Below, piece by piece: positions 1 to 15,000 of a stretch of 64,000 bases of DNA (the stretch's first letter is position 1; each line of letters opens with the position of its first letter). This DNA is from Eledone cirrhosa (Eukaryota). The notes under the pieces are model-generated. The model was not told the origin of the DNA. It ran no database searches and worked only from the letters and a program-made list of their open reading frames with translations. The DNA lies in the NCBI GenBank assembly GCA_964016885.1, contig OZ024741.1, forward strand, positions 136,586,001 through 136,650,000. The letters are read 5' to 3'. The position numbers were made by a program, and so were the translations under genes.

Positions 1-3000
1 TAGTAATGTAGACTGTGGTACAGTTATAATAATGTAGACTGTGGTACAGTTATAATAAGGTAGACTGTAATACAGTTATAATAATGTAGACTGTGGTACA
101 GTTATAATAATGTAGTCTGTGGTACAGTTATAATAATGTAGACTTTTGTACAGTTATAATAATGTAGTCTGTGGTACAGTTATAATAATGTAGACTGTGG
201 TACAGTTATAATAATGGAGTCTGTGGTACAGTTATAATAATGTAGACTGTAATACAGTTATAATAATGTAGACTGTGGTACAGTTATAATAATGTAGACT
301 GTGGTACAGTTATAATAATGTAGACTTTTGTACAGTTATAATAATGTAGTCTGTGGTACAGTTATAATAATGTAGACTGTGGTACAGTTATAATAATGTA
401 GACTGTAATACAGTTATAATAATGTAGACTTTTGTACAGTTATAATAATGTAGTCTGTGGTACAGTTATAATAATGTAGACTGTGGTACAGTTATAATAA
501 TGGAGTCTGTGGTACAGTTATAATAATGTAGACTGTAATACAGTTATAATAATGTAGACTGTGGTACAGTTATAATAATGTAGACTGTGGTACAGTTATA
601 ATAATGTAGACTGTGGTACAGTTATAATAATGTAGACTGTAATACAGTTATAATAATGTAGACTGTGGTACAGTTATAATAATGTAGTCTGTGGTACAGT
701 TATAATAATGTAGTCTGTGGTACAGTTATAATAATGTAGTCTGTGGTACAGTTATAGTAATGTAGTCTGTGGTACAGTTATAATAATGTAGACTGTTGTA
801 CAGTTATAATAATGTAGACTGTAATACAGTTATAATAATGTAGTCTGTGGTACAGTTATAGTAATGTAGTCTGTGGTACAGTTATAATAATGTAGACTGT
901 TGTACAGTTATAGTAATGTAGACTGTGGTACAGTTATAATAATGTAGACTGTGGTACAATTATAATAATGTAGTCTGTGGTACAGTTATAATAATGTAGT
1001 CTGTTGTACAGTTATAATAATGTAGACTGTGGTACAGTTATAATAATGTAGACTGTGGTACAGTTATAATAATGTAGACTGTAATACAGTTATAATAATG
1101 TAGACTGTGGTACAGTTTTAATAATGTAGTCTGTGGTACAGTTATAATAATGTAGTCTGTGGTACAGTTATAATAATGTAGTCTGTGGTACAGTTATAAT
1201 AATGTAGACTGTGGTACAGTTATAATAATTTAGACTGTGGTACAGTTATAATAATGTAGAATGTGGTACAGTTATAATAATGTAGTCTGTGGTACAGTTA
1301 TAATAATGTAGACTGTGGTACAGTTATAATAATGTCGACTGTAATACAGTTATAATAATGTAGACTGTAATACAGTTATAATAATGTAGTCTGTTGTAGA
1401 GTTATAATAATGTAGACTGTGGTACAGTTATAATAATGTAGTCTGTGGTACAGTTATAATAATTTAGACTGTGGTACAGTTATAATAATGTAGAGTGTGG
1501 TACAGATATAATAATGTAGTCTGTTGTACAGTTATAATAATGTAAACTATAATACAGTTATAATGATGTAGACTGTAATACAGTTATAATAATGTAGTCT
1601 GTTGTACAGTTATAATAATGTAGACTGTGGTACAGTTATAATAATGTAGACTGTGGTACAGTTATAATAATGTAGTCTGTTGTACAGTTATAATAATGTA
1701 GACTGTGGTACAGTTATAATAATGTAGACTGTGGTACAGTTATAATAATGTAGTCTGGGGTACAGTTATAATAATGTAGTCTGTTGTACAGTTATAATAA
1801 TATAGTCTGTGGTACAGTTATAATAATGTAGACTGTGGTACAGTTATAGTAATGTAGACAGTGGTACAGTTATAATAATGTAGACTGTTGTACAGTTATA
1901 ATAATGTAGTCTGGGGTACAGTTATAATAATGTAGTCTGTTGTACAGTTATAATAATGTAGTCTGGGGTACAGTTATAATAATATAGACTGTGGTACAGT
2001 TATAATAATGTAGTCTGTGGTACAGTTATAATAATGTAGTCTGTTGTACAGTTATAATAATGTAGTCTGGGGTACAGTTATAATAATGTAGACTGTGGTA
2101 CAGTTATAATAATTTAGTCTGTGGTACAGTTATAATAATGTAGTCTGTGGTACAGTTATAATAATGTAGAATGTGGTACAGTTATAATAATGTAGTCTGT
2201 GGTACAGTTATAATAATGTAGTCTGGGGTACAGTTATAATAATGTAGACTGTGGTACAGTTATAATAATTTAGTCTGTGGTACAGTTATAATAATGTAGT
2301 CTGTGGTACAGTTATAATAATGTAGAATGTGGTACAGTTATAATAATGTAGTCTGTAATACAGTTATAATAATGTAGACTGTGGTACAGTTATAATAATG
2401 TAGTCTGTGGTACAGATATAATAATGTAGTCTGTTGTACAGTTATAAAAATGTAGTCTGTGGTACAGTTATAATAATGTAGTCTGTGGTACAGTTATAAT
2501 AATGTAGTCTGTGGTACAGTTATAATAATGGAGTCTGTGGTACAGTTATAATAATGTAGACTGTAATACAGTTATAATAATGTAGACTGTGGTACAGTTA
2601 TATTAATGTAGTCTGTGGTACAGTTATAATAATGTAGTCTGTGGTACAGATATAATAATGTAGTCTGTGGTACAGTTATAATAATGTAGTCTGTGGTACA
2701 GATATAATAATGTAGACTTTTGTACAATTATAATAATGTAGACTGTGGTACAGTTATATTAATGTAGTCTGTGGTACAGTTATAATAATGTAGTCTGTGG
2801 TACAGTTATAATAATGTAGTCTGTGGTACAGATATAATAATGTAGACTTTTGTACAATTATAATAATGTAGACTGTGGTACAGTTATATTAATGTAGTCT
2901 GTGGTACAGTTATAATAATGTAGTCTGTGGTACAGATATAATAATGTAGTCTGTGGTACAGTTATAATAATGTAGTCTGTGGTACAGATATAATAATGTA

Positions 3001-6000
3001 GACTTTTGTACAATTATAATAATGTAGACTGTGGTACAGTTATATTAATGTAGTCTGTGGTACAGTTATAATAATGTAGTCTGTGGTACAGTTATAATAA
3101 TGTAGTCTGTGGTACAGATATAATAATGTAGACTTTTGTACAATTATAATAATGTAGACTGTGGTACAGTTATATTAATGTAGACTGTGGTACAGTTATA
3201 ATAATGTAGTCTGTGGTACAGTTATAATAATGTAGTCTGTGGTACAGATATAATAATGTAGACTTTTGTACAGTTATAATAATGTAGTCTGTGGTACAGT
3301 TATAATAAGGTAGACTGTAATACAGTTATAATAATGTCGACTGTGGTACAGTTATAATAATGGAGACTGTAATACAGTTATAATAATGTAGACTTTTGTA
3401 CAGTTATAATAATGTAGTCTGTGGTACAGTTATAATAATGTAGACTGTGGTACAGTTATAATAATGTAGACTGTAATACAGTTATAATAATGTAGACTTT
3501 TGTACAGTTATAATAATGTAGTCTGTGGTACAGTTATAATAATTTAGACTGTGGTACAGTTATAATAATGGAGTCTGTGGTACAGTTATAATAATGTAGA
3601 CTGTAATACAGTTATAATAATATAGACTGTGGTACAGTTATAATAATGTAGTCTGTTGTACAGTTATAATAATGTAGACTGTAATACAGTTATAATAATA
3701 TAGACTGTGGTACAGTTATAATAATGTAGTCTGTGGTACAGTTATAATAATGTAGTCTGTGGTACAGTTATAATAATGTAGTCTGTGGTACAGTTATAAT
3801 AATGTAGTCTGTGGTACAGTTATAATAATGTAGTCTGTGGTACAGTTATAATAATGTAGACTGTAATACAGTTATAATAATGTAGTCTGTGGTACAGTTA
3901 TAGTAATGTAGTCTGTGGTACAGTTATAATAATGTAGACTGTGGTACAGTTATAATAATGTAGACTGTAATACAGTTATAATAATGTAGACTGTGGTACA
4001 GTTTTAATAATGTAGTCTGTGGTACAGTTATAATAATGTAGTCTGTGGTACAGTTATAATAATGTAGTCTGTGGTACAGTTATAATAATGTAGACTGTGG
4101 TACAGTTATAATAATTTAGACTGTGGTACAGTTATAATAATGTAGAATGTGGTACAGTTATAATAATGTAGTCTGTGGTACAGTTATAATAATGTAGACT
4201 GTGGTACAGTTATAATAATGTCGACTGTAATACAGTTATAATAATGTAGACTGTAATACAGTTATAATAATGTAGTCTGTTGTACAGTTATAATAATGTA
4301 GACTGTGGTACAGTTATAATAATGTAGTCTGTGGTACAGTTATAATAATTTAGACTGTGGTACAGTTATAATAATGTAGACTGTGGTACAGTTATAGTAA
4401 TGTAGACTGTGGTACAGTTATAATAATGGAGTCTGTGGTACAGTTATAATAATGTAGACTGTAATACAGTTATAATAATGTAGACTGTTGTACAGTTATA
4501 ATAATGTAGACTGTGGTACAGTTATAATAATGTAGACTGTGGTACAGTTATAATAATGTAGACTGTAATACAGTTATAATAATGTAGACTGTAATACAGT
4601 TATAATAATGTAGAGTGTGGTACAGATATAATAATGTAGTCTGTGGTACAGTTATAATAATGTTGTCTGTGGTACAGTTATAATAATGTAGTCTGTTGTA
4701 CAGTTATAATAATGTAGTCTCTGGTACAGTTATAATAATGGAGTCTGTGGTACAGTTATAATAATGTAGACTGTGGTACAGTTATAATAATGTAGACTGT
4801 TGTACAGTTATAATAATGTAGACTGTGGTACAGTTATAATAATGTAGACTGTGGTACAGTTATAATAATGTAGACTGTAATACAGTTATAATAATGTAGA
4901 CTGTAATACAGTTATAATAATGTAGAGTGTGGTACAGATATAATAATGTAGTCTGTGGTACAGTTATAATAATGTAGTCTGTTGTACAGTTATAATAATG
5001 TAGACTGTGGTACAGTTATAATAATGTAGTCTGTTGTACAGTTATAATAATGTAGACTGTGGTACAGTTATAATAATGTAGTCTGTGGTACAGTTATAAT
5101 AATGGAGTCTGTGGTACAGTTATAATAATGTAGTCTGTGGTACAGTTATAATAATGTATACTGTGGTAGAGTTACAATAATTTTGTCTGTGGTACAGTTA
5201 TAATAATGGAGTCTGTGGTACAGTTATAATAATGTAGTCTGTGGTACAGTTATAATAATATAGTCTGTGGTACAGTTATAATAATGTAGACTGTGGTACA
5301 GTTATAGTAATGTAGACTGTGGTACAGTTATAATAATGTAGTCTGTGGTACAGTTATAATAATGTTGTCTGTGGTACAGTTATAATAATGTAGTCTGTTG
5401 TACAGTTATAATAATGTAGTCTCTGGTACAGTTATAATAATGTAGACTGTAATACAGTTATAATAATGTAGTCTGTGGTACAGTTATAATAATGTAGTCT
5501 GTGGTACAGTTATAATAATGTAGAATGTGGTACAGTTATATTAATGTAGTCTGTGGTACAGTTATAATAATGTAGTCTGTGGTACAGTTATAGTAATGTA
5601 GTCTGTGGTACAGTTATAATAATGTAGACTGTTGTACAGTTATAGTAATGTAGACTGTGGTACAGTTATAATAATGTAGACTGTGGTACAATTATAATAA
5701 TGTAGTCTGTGGTACAGTTATAATAATGTAGTCTGTTGTACAGTTATAATAATGTAGACTGTGGTACAGTTATAATAATGTAGACAGAGGTACAGTTATA
5801 ATAATGTAGACTGTAATACAGTTATAATAATGTAGACTGTGGTACAGTTTTAATAATGTAGTCTGTGGTACAGTTATAATAATGTAGTCTGTGGTACAGT
5901 TATAATAATGTAGTCTGTGGTACAGTTATAATAATGTGGACTGTGGTACAGTTATAATAATTTAGACTGTGGTACAGTTATAATAATGTAGAATGTGATA

Positions 6001-9000
6001 CAGTTATAATAATGTAGTCTGTGGTACAGTTATAATAATGTAGACTGTAATACAGTTATAATAATGTAGTATGTGGTACAGTTATAATAATGTAGTCTGT
6101 GGTACAGTTATAATAATGTAGACTGTAATACAGTTATAATAATGTGGACTGTGGTACAGTTTTAATAATGTAGTCTGTGGTACAGTTATAATAATGTAGA
6201 CTGTAATACAGTTTTAATAATGTAGTCTGTGGTACAGTTATAATAATGTAGACTGTAATACAGTTATAATAATGTAGACTGTGGTACAGTTATAGTAATG
6301 TAGACTGTGGTACAGTTATAATAATGTAGTCTGTGGTACAGTTATAATAATGTAGTCTGTTGTACAGTTATAATAATGTAGACTGTAATACAGTTATAAT
6401 AATGTAGTCTGTGGTACAGTTATAATAATGTAGACTGTAATACAGTTATAATAATGTAGACTGTAATACAGTAATAATAATGTAGTCTGTTGTACAGTTA
6501 TAATAATGTTGTCTGTTGTACAGTTATAATAATGTAGTCTGTGGTACAGTTATAATAATGGAGTCTGTGGTACAGTTATAATAATGTAAAGTGTAATACA
6601 GCTATAATAATGTAGACTGTGGTACAGTTATAATAATGTAGACTGTGGTACAGTTATAATAATTTAGACTGTGGTATTGTTATTATAATGTAGACTGTGG
6701 TACAGTTATAATAATTTAGACTGTGGTACAGTTATTATAATGTAGACTGTAATACAGTTATAATAATGTAGACTGTGGTACAGTTATAATAATGTAGACT
6801 GTGGTACAGTTATAATAATGTAGTCTGTGGTACAGTTATAATAATGTAGTCTGTGGTACAGTTATAATAATGTAGACTGTAATACAGTAATAATAATGTA
6901 GTCTGTTGTACAGTTATAATAATGTAGTATGTGGTACAGTTATAATAATGTAGTCTGTGGTACAGTTATAATAATGTAGTCTGTGGTACAGTTATAATAA
7001 TGTAGTCTGTGGTACAGTTATAATAATGTAGTCTGTGGTACAGTTATAATAATGTAGACTGTGGTACAGTTATAATAATGTAGACTGTAATACAGTTATA
7101 ATAATGTAGTCTATGGTACAGTTATAATAATGTTGTCTCTTGTACAGTTATAATAATGTAGTCTGTGGTACAGTTATAATAATGTAGTCTGTGGTACAGT
7201 TATAATAATGTAGACTGTCGTACAGTTATAATAATGTAGACTGTGGTACAGTTATAATAATGTAGTCTGTGGTACAGTTATAATAATGGAGTGTGTGGTA
7301 CAGTTATAATAATGTAGTCTGTTGTACAGTTAAAATAATGTAGACTGTGGTACAGTTATAATAATGTAGACTGTGGTACAGTTATAATAATGTAGACTGT
7401 AATACAGTTATAATAATGTAGACTGTGGTACAGTTATAATAATTTAGACTGTGGTACAGTTATAATAATGTAGACTGTGGTACAGTTATAATTATGTAGA
7501 CTGTGGTACAGTTATAATAATGTAGACTGTGGTACAGTTATAATAATGTAGTCTGTGGTACAGTTATAATAATTTAGACTGTGGTACAGTTATAATAATG
7601 TAGACTGTAATACAGTTATAATAATGTAGTCTGTTGTACAGTTATAATAATGTAGACTGTGGTACAGTTATAATAATTTAGACTGTGGTACAGTTATTAT
7701 AATGTAGACTGTAATACAGTTATAATAATGTAGACTGTGGTACAGTTATAATAATGTAGACTGTGGTACAGTTATAATAATGTAGTCTGTGGTACAGTTA
7801 TAATAATGTAGTCTGTGGTACAGTTATAATAATGTAGACTGTAATACAGTTATAATAATGTAGACTGTGGTACAGTTATAATAATGTAGTCTGTGGTACA
7901 GTTATAATAATGGAGTCTGTTGTACAGTTATAATAATGTAGACTGTCGTACAGTTATAGTAATGTAGACTGTGGTACAGTTATTATAATGTAAACTGTAA
8001 TACAGTTATAATAATGTAGACTGTGGTACAGATATAATAATGTAGTCTGTTGTACAGTTATAATAATGTAGTATGTGGTACAGCTATAATAATGTAGTCT
8101 GTGGTACAGTTATAATAATGTAGTCTGTGGTACAGTTATAATAATGTAGTCTGTGGTACAGTTATAATAATGTAGTCTGTGGTACAGTTATAATAATGTA
8201 GACTGTGGTACAGTTATAATAATGTAGTCTGTGGTACAGTTATTATAATGTAGTCTGTGGTACAGTTATAATAATGTTGTCTGTTGTACAGTTATAATAA
8301 TGTAGACTGTCGTACAATTATAGTAATGTAGACTGTGGTACAGTTATAATAATTTAGACTGTGGTACAGTTATAATAATGTAGACTGTGGTACAGTTATA
8401 ATAATGTAGTCTGTGGTACAGTTATAATAATGGAGTCTGTGGTACAGTTATAATAATGTAGTCTGTTGTACAGTTATAATAATGTAGACTGTGGTACAGT
8501 TATAATAATGTAGACTGTGGTACAGTTATAATAATGTAGACTGTAATACAGTTATAATAATGTAGACTGTGGTACAGTTATAATAATTTAGACTGTGGTA
8601 CAGTTATAATAATGGAGTCTGTGGTACAGTTATAATAATGTAGACTGTGGTACAGTTATAATAATGTAGACTGTAATACAGTTATAATAATGTAGTCTAT
8701 GGTACAGTTATAATAATGTTGTCTCTTGTACAGTTATAATAATGTAGACTGTCGTACAGTTATAATAATGTAGACTGTGGTACAGTTATAATAATGTAGT
8801 CTGTGGTACAGTTATAATAATGGAGTCTGTGGTACAGTTATAATAATGTAGTCTGTTGTACAGTTAAAATAATGTAGACTGTGGTACAGTTATAATAATG
8901 TAGGCTGTGGTACAGTTATAATAATGTAGACTGTAATACAGTTATAATAATGTAGACTGTGGTACAGTTATAATAATTTAGACTGTGGTACAGTTATAAT

Positions 9001-12000
9001 AATGTAGACTGTGGTACAGTTATAATTATGTAGACTGTGGTACAGTTATATTAATGTAGACTGTGGTACAGTTATAATAATGTAGTCTGTGGTACAGTTA
9101 TAATAATTTAGACTGTGGTACAGTTATAATAATGTAGACTGTAATACAGTTATAATAATGTAGTCTGTTGTACAGTTATAATAATGTAGACTGTGGTACA
9201 GTTATAATAATTTAGACTGTGGTACAGTTATTATAATGTAGACTGTAATACAGTTATAATAATGTAGACTGTGGTACAGTTATAATAATGTAGACTGTGG
9301 TACAGTTATAATAATGTAGTCTGTGGTACAGTTATAATAATGTAGTCTGTGGTACAGTTATAATAATGTAGACTGTAATACAGTTATAATAATGTAGACT
9401 GTGGTACAGTTATAATAATGTAGTCTGTGGTACAGTTATAATAATGGAGTCTGTTGTACAGTTATAATAATGTAGACTGTCGTACAGTTATAGTAATGTA
9501 GTCTGTGGTACAGTTATAATAATGTAAACTGTAATACAGTTATAATAATGTAGACTGTGGTACAGATATAATAATGTAGTCTGTTGTACAGTTATAATAA
9601 TGTAGTATGTGGTACAGTTATAATAATGTAGTCTGTGGTACAGTTATAATAATGTAGTCTGTGGTACAGTTATAATAATGTAGTCTGTGGTACAGTTATA
9701 ATAATGTAGTCTGTGGTACAGTTATAATAATGTAGACTGTGGTACAGTTATAATAATGTAGTCTGTGGTACAGTTATTATAATGTAGTCTGTGGTACAGT
9801 TATAATAATGTTGTCTGTTGTACAGTTATAATAATGTAGACTGTCGTACAGTTATAGTAATGTAGACTGTGGTACAGTTATAATAATTTAGACTGTGGTA
9901 CAGTTATAATAATGTAGACTGTGGTACAGTTATAATAATGTAGTCTGTGGTACAGTTATAATAATGGAGTCTGTGGTACAGTTATAATAATGTAGTCTGT
10001 TGTACAGTTATAATAATGTAGACTGTGGTACAGTTATAATAATGTAGACTGTGGTACAGTTATAATAATGTAGACTGTAATACAGTTATAATAATGTAGA
10101 CTGTGGTACAGTTATAATAATTTAGACTGTGGTACAGTTATAATAATGGAGTCTGTGGTACAGTTATAATAATGTAGTCTAAGGTACAGTTATAATAATG
10201 TAGACCGTGGTACAGTTATAATAATGTAGTCTGTGGTACAGTTTAAATAATGTAGTCTGTGGTACAGTTATAATAATGTAGACTGTGGTACAGTTATAAT
10301 ATTGTAGTCTGTGGTACAGTTATAATAATGTAGACTGTGGTACAGTTATAGTAATGTAGTCTGTTGTACAGTTATAATAATGTAGACTGTGGTACAGTTA
10401 TAATAATGTAGACTGTGGTACAGTTATAATAATTTAGACTGTGGTACAGTTATATTAATGTAGTCTCTGGTACAGTTATAATAATGTAGACTGTGGTACA
10501 GTTATAATAATTTAGTCTGTGGTACAGTTATAATAATGTAGTCTGTGGTACAGTTATAATAATATAGACTGTGGTACAGTTATAATAATGTAGTCTAAGG
10601 TACAGTTATAATAATGTAGTCAGTGGTACAGTTATAATAATGTAGTCTGTGGTACAGTTATAATAATGTAGTCTGTTGTACAGTTATAATAATGTTGTCT
10701 GTAATACAGTTATAATAATATAGTCTGTGGTACAGTTATAATAATGTAGTCTGTTGTACAGTTATAATAATGTTGTCTGTAATACAGTTATAATAATGTA
10801 GACTGTGGTACAGTTATAATAATGTAGTCTGTGGTACAGTTATAATAATGGAGTCTGTGGTACATTTATAATAATGTAAAGTGTAATACAGCTATAATAA
10901 TGTAGACTGTGGTACAGTTATAATAATGTAGACTGTGGTACAGTTATAATAATTTAGACTGTGGTATTGTTATTATAATGTAGACTGTAATACAGTTATA
11001 ATAATGTAGACTGTGGTACAGTTATAATAATGTAGACTGTGGTACAGTTATAATAATGTAGTCTGTGGTACAGTTATAATAATTTAGACTGTGGTACAGT
11101 TATAATAATGTAGACTGTAATACAGTTATAATAATGTAGTCTGTTGTACAGTTATAATAATGTAGACTGTGGTACAGTTATAATAATTTAGACTGTGGTA
11201 CAGTTATTATAATGTAGACTGTAATACAGTTATAATAATGTAGACTGTGGTACAGTTATAATAATGTAGACTGTGGTACAGTTATAATAATGTAGTCTGT
11301 GGTACAGTTATAATAATGTAGTCTGTGGTACAGTTATAATAATGTAGACTGTAATACAGTAATAATAATGTAGTCTGTTGTACAGTTATAATAATGTAGT
11401 ATGAGGTACAGTTATAATAATATAGTCTGTGGTACAGTTATAATAATGTAGTCTGTGGTACAGTTATAATAATGTAGTCTGTGGTACAGTTATAATAATG
11501 TAGTCTGTGGTACAGTTATAATAATGTAGACTGTGGTACAGTTATAATAATGTAGACTGTAATACAGTTATAATAATGTAGTCTATGGTACAGTTATAAT
11601 AATGTTGTCTCTTGTACAGTTATAATAATGTAGACTGTCGTACAGTTATAATAATGTAGACTGTGGTACAGTTATAATAATGTAGTCTGTGGTACAGTTA
11701 TAATAATGGAGTCTGTGGTACAGTTATAATAATGTAGTCTGTTGTACAGTTAAAATAATGTAGACTGTGGTACAGTTATAATAATGTAGACTGTGGTACA
11801 GTTATAATAATGTAGACTGTAATACAGTTATATTAATGTAGACTGTGGTACAGTTATAATAATTTAGACTGTGGTACAGTTATAATAATGTAGACTGTGG
11901 TACAGTTATAATTATGTAGACTGTGGTACAGTTATAATAATGTAGACTGTGGTACAGTTATAATAATGTAGTCTGTGGTACAGTTATAATAATTTAGACT

Positions 12001-15000
12001 GTGGTACAGTTATAATAATGTAGACTGTAATACAGTTATAATAATGTAGTCTGTTGTACAGTTATAATAATGTAGACTGTGGTACAGTTATAATAATTTA
12101 GACTGTGGTACAGTTATTATAATGTAGACTGTAATACAGTTATAATAATGTAGACTGTGGTACAGTTATAATAATGTAGACTGTGGTACAGTTATAATAA
12201 TGTAGTCTGTGGTACAGTTATAATGATGTAGTCTGTGGTACAGTTATAATAATGTAGACTGTAATACAGTAATAATAATGTAGTCTGTTGTACAGTTATA
12301 ATAATGTAGTATGTGGTACAGTTATAATAATGTAGTCTGTGGTACAGTTATAATAATGTAGTCTGTGGTACAGTTATAATAATGTAGTCTGTGGTACAGT
12401 TATAATAATGTAGTCTGTGGTACAGTTATAATAATGTAGACTGTGGTACAGTTATAATAATGTAGACTGTAATACAGTTATAATAATGTAGTCTATGGTA
12501 CAGTTATAATAATGTTGTCTCTTGTACAGTTATAATAATGTAGACTGTCGTACAGTTATAATAATGTAGACTGTGGTACAGTTATAATAATGTAGTCTGT
12601 GGTACAGTTATAATAATGGAGTCTGTGGTACAGTTATAATAATGTAGTCTGTTGTACAGTTAAAATAATGTAGACTGTGGTACAGTTATAATAATGTAGA
12701 CTGTGGTACAGTTATAATAATGTAGACTGTAATACAGTTATAATAATGTAGACTGTGGTACAGTTATAATAATTTAGACTGTGGTACAGTTATAATAATG
12801 TAGACTGTGGTACAGTTATAATTATGTAGACTGTGGTACAGTTATAATAATGTAGACTGTGGTACAGTTATAATAATGTAGTCTGTGGTACAGTTATAAT
12901 AATTTAGACTGTGGTACAGTTATTATAATGTAGACTGTAATACAGTTATAATAATGTAGACTGTGGTACAGTTATAATAATGTAGACTGTGGTACAGTTA
13001 TAATAATGTAGTCTGTGGTACAGTTATAATAATGTAGTCTGTGGTACAGTTATAATAATGTAGACTGTAATACAGTTATAATAATGTAGACTGTGGTACA
13101 GTTATAATAATGTAGTCTGTGGTACAGTTATAATAATGGAGTCTGTTGTACAGTTATAATAATGTAGACTGTCGTACAGTTATAGTAATGTAGACTGTGG
13201 TACAGTTATAATAATGTAAACTGTAATACAGTTATAATAATGTAGACTGTGGTACAGCTATAATAATGTAATCTGTTGTACAGTTATAATAATGTAGTAT
13301 GTGGTACAATTATAATAATGTAGTCTGTGGTACAGTTATAATAATGTAGTCTGTGGTACAGTTATAATAATGTAGTCTGTGGTACAGTTATAATAATGTA
13401 GTCTGTGGTACAGTTATAATAATGTAGACTGTGGTACAGTTATAATAATGTAGTCTGTGGTACAGTTATTATAATGTAGTCTGTGGTACAGTTATAATAA
13501 TGTTGTCTGTTGTACAGTTATAATAATGTAGACTGTCGTACAGTTATAGTAATGTAGACTGTGGTACAGTTATAATAATTTAGACTGTGGTACAGTTATA
13601 ATAATGTAGACTGTGGTACAGTTATAATAATGTAGTCTGTGGTACAGTTATAATAATGGAGTCTGTGGTACAGTTATAATAATGTAGTCTGTTGTACAGT
13701 TATAATAATGTAGACTGTGGTACAGTTATAATAATGTAGACTGTGGTACAGTTATAATAATGTAGACTGTAATACAGTTATAATAATGTAGACTGTGGTA
13801 CAGTTATAATAATTTAGACTGTGGTACAGTTATAATAATGGAGTCTGTGGTACAGTTATAATAATGTTGTCTGTAATACAGTTATAATAATATAGTCTGT
13901 GGTACAGTTATAATAATGTAGTCTGTTGTACAGTTATAATAATGTTGTCTGTAATACAGTTATAATAATGTAGACTGTGGTACAGTTATAATAATGTAGT
14001 CTGTGGTACAGTTATAATAATGGAGTCTGTGGTACATTTATAATAATGTAAAGTGTAATACAGCTATAATAATGTAGACTGTGGTACAGTTATAATAATG
14101 TAGACTGTGGTACAGTTATAATAATTTAGACTGTGGTATTGTTATTATAATGTAGACTGTAATACAGTTATAATAATGTAGACTGTGGTACAGTTATAAT
14201 AATGTAGACTGTGGTACAGTTATAATAATGTAGTCTGTGGTACAGTTATAATAATTTAGACTGTGGTACAGTTATAATAATGTAGACTGTAATACAGTTA
14301 TAATAATGTAGTCTGTTGTACAGTTATAATAATGTAGACTGTGGTACAGTTATAATAATTTAGACTGTGGTACAGTTATTATAATGTAGACTGTAATACA
14401 GTTATAATAATGTAGACTGTGGTACAGTTATAATAATGTAGACTGTGGTACAGTTATAATAATGTAGTCTGTGGTACAGTTATAATAATGTAGTCTGTGG
14501 TACAGTTATAATAATGTAGACTGTAATACAGTAATAATAATGTAGTCTGTTGTACAGTTATAATAATGTAGTATGAGGTACAGTTATAATAATATAGTCT
14601 GTGGTACAGTTATAATAATGTAGTCTGTGGTACAGTTATAATAATGTAGTCTGTGGTACAGTTATAATAATGTAGTCTGTGGTACAGTTATAATAATGTA
14701 GACTGTGGTACAGTTATAATAATGTAGACTGTAATACAGTTATAATAATGTAGTCTATGGTACAGTTATAATAATGTTGTCTCTTGTACAGTTATAATAA
14801 TGTAGACTGTCGTACAGTTATAATAATGTAGACTGTGGTACAGTTATAATAATGTAGTCTGTGGTACAGTTATAATAATGGAGTCTGTGGTACAGTTATA
14901 ATAATGTAGTCTGTTGTACAGTTAAAATAATGTAGACTGTGGTACAGTTATAATAATGTAGACTGTGGTACAGTTATAATAATGTAGACTGTAATACAGT

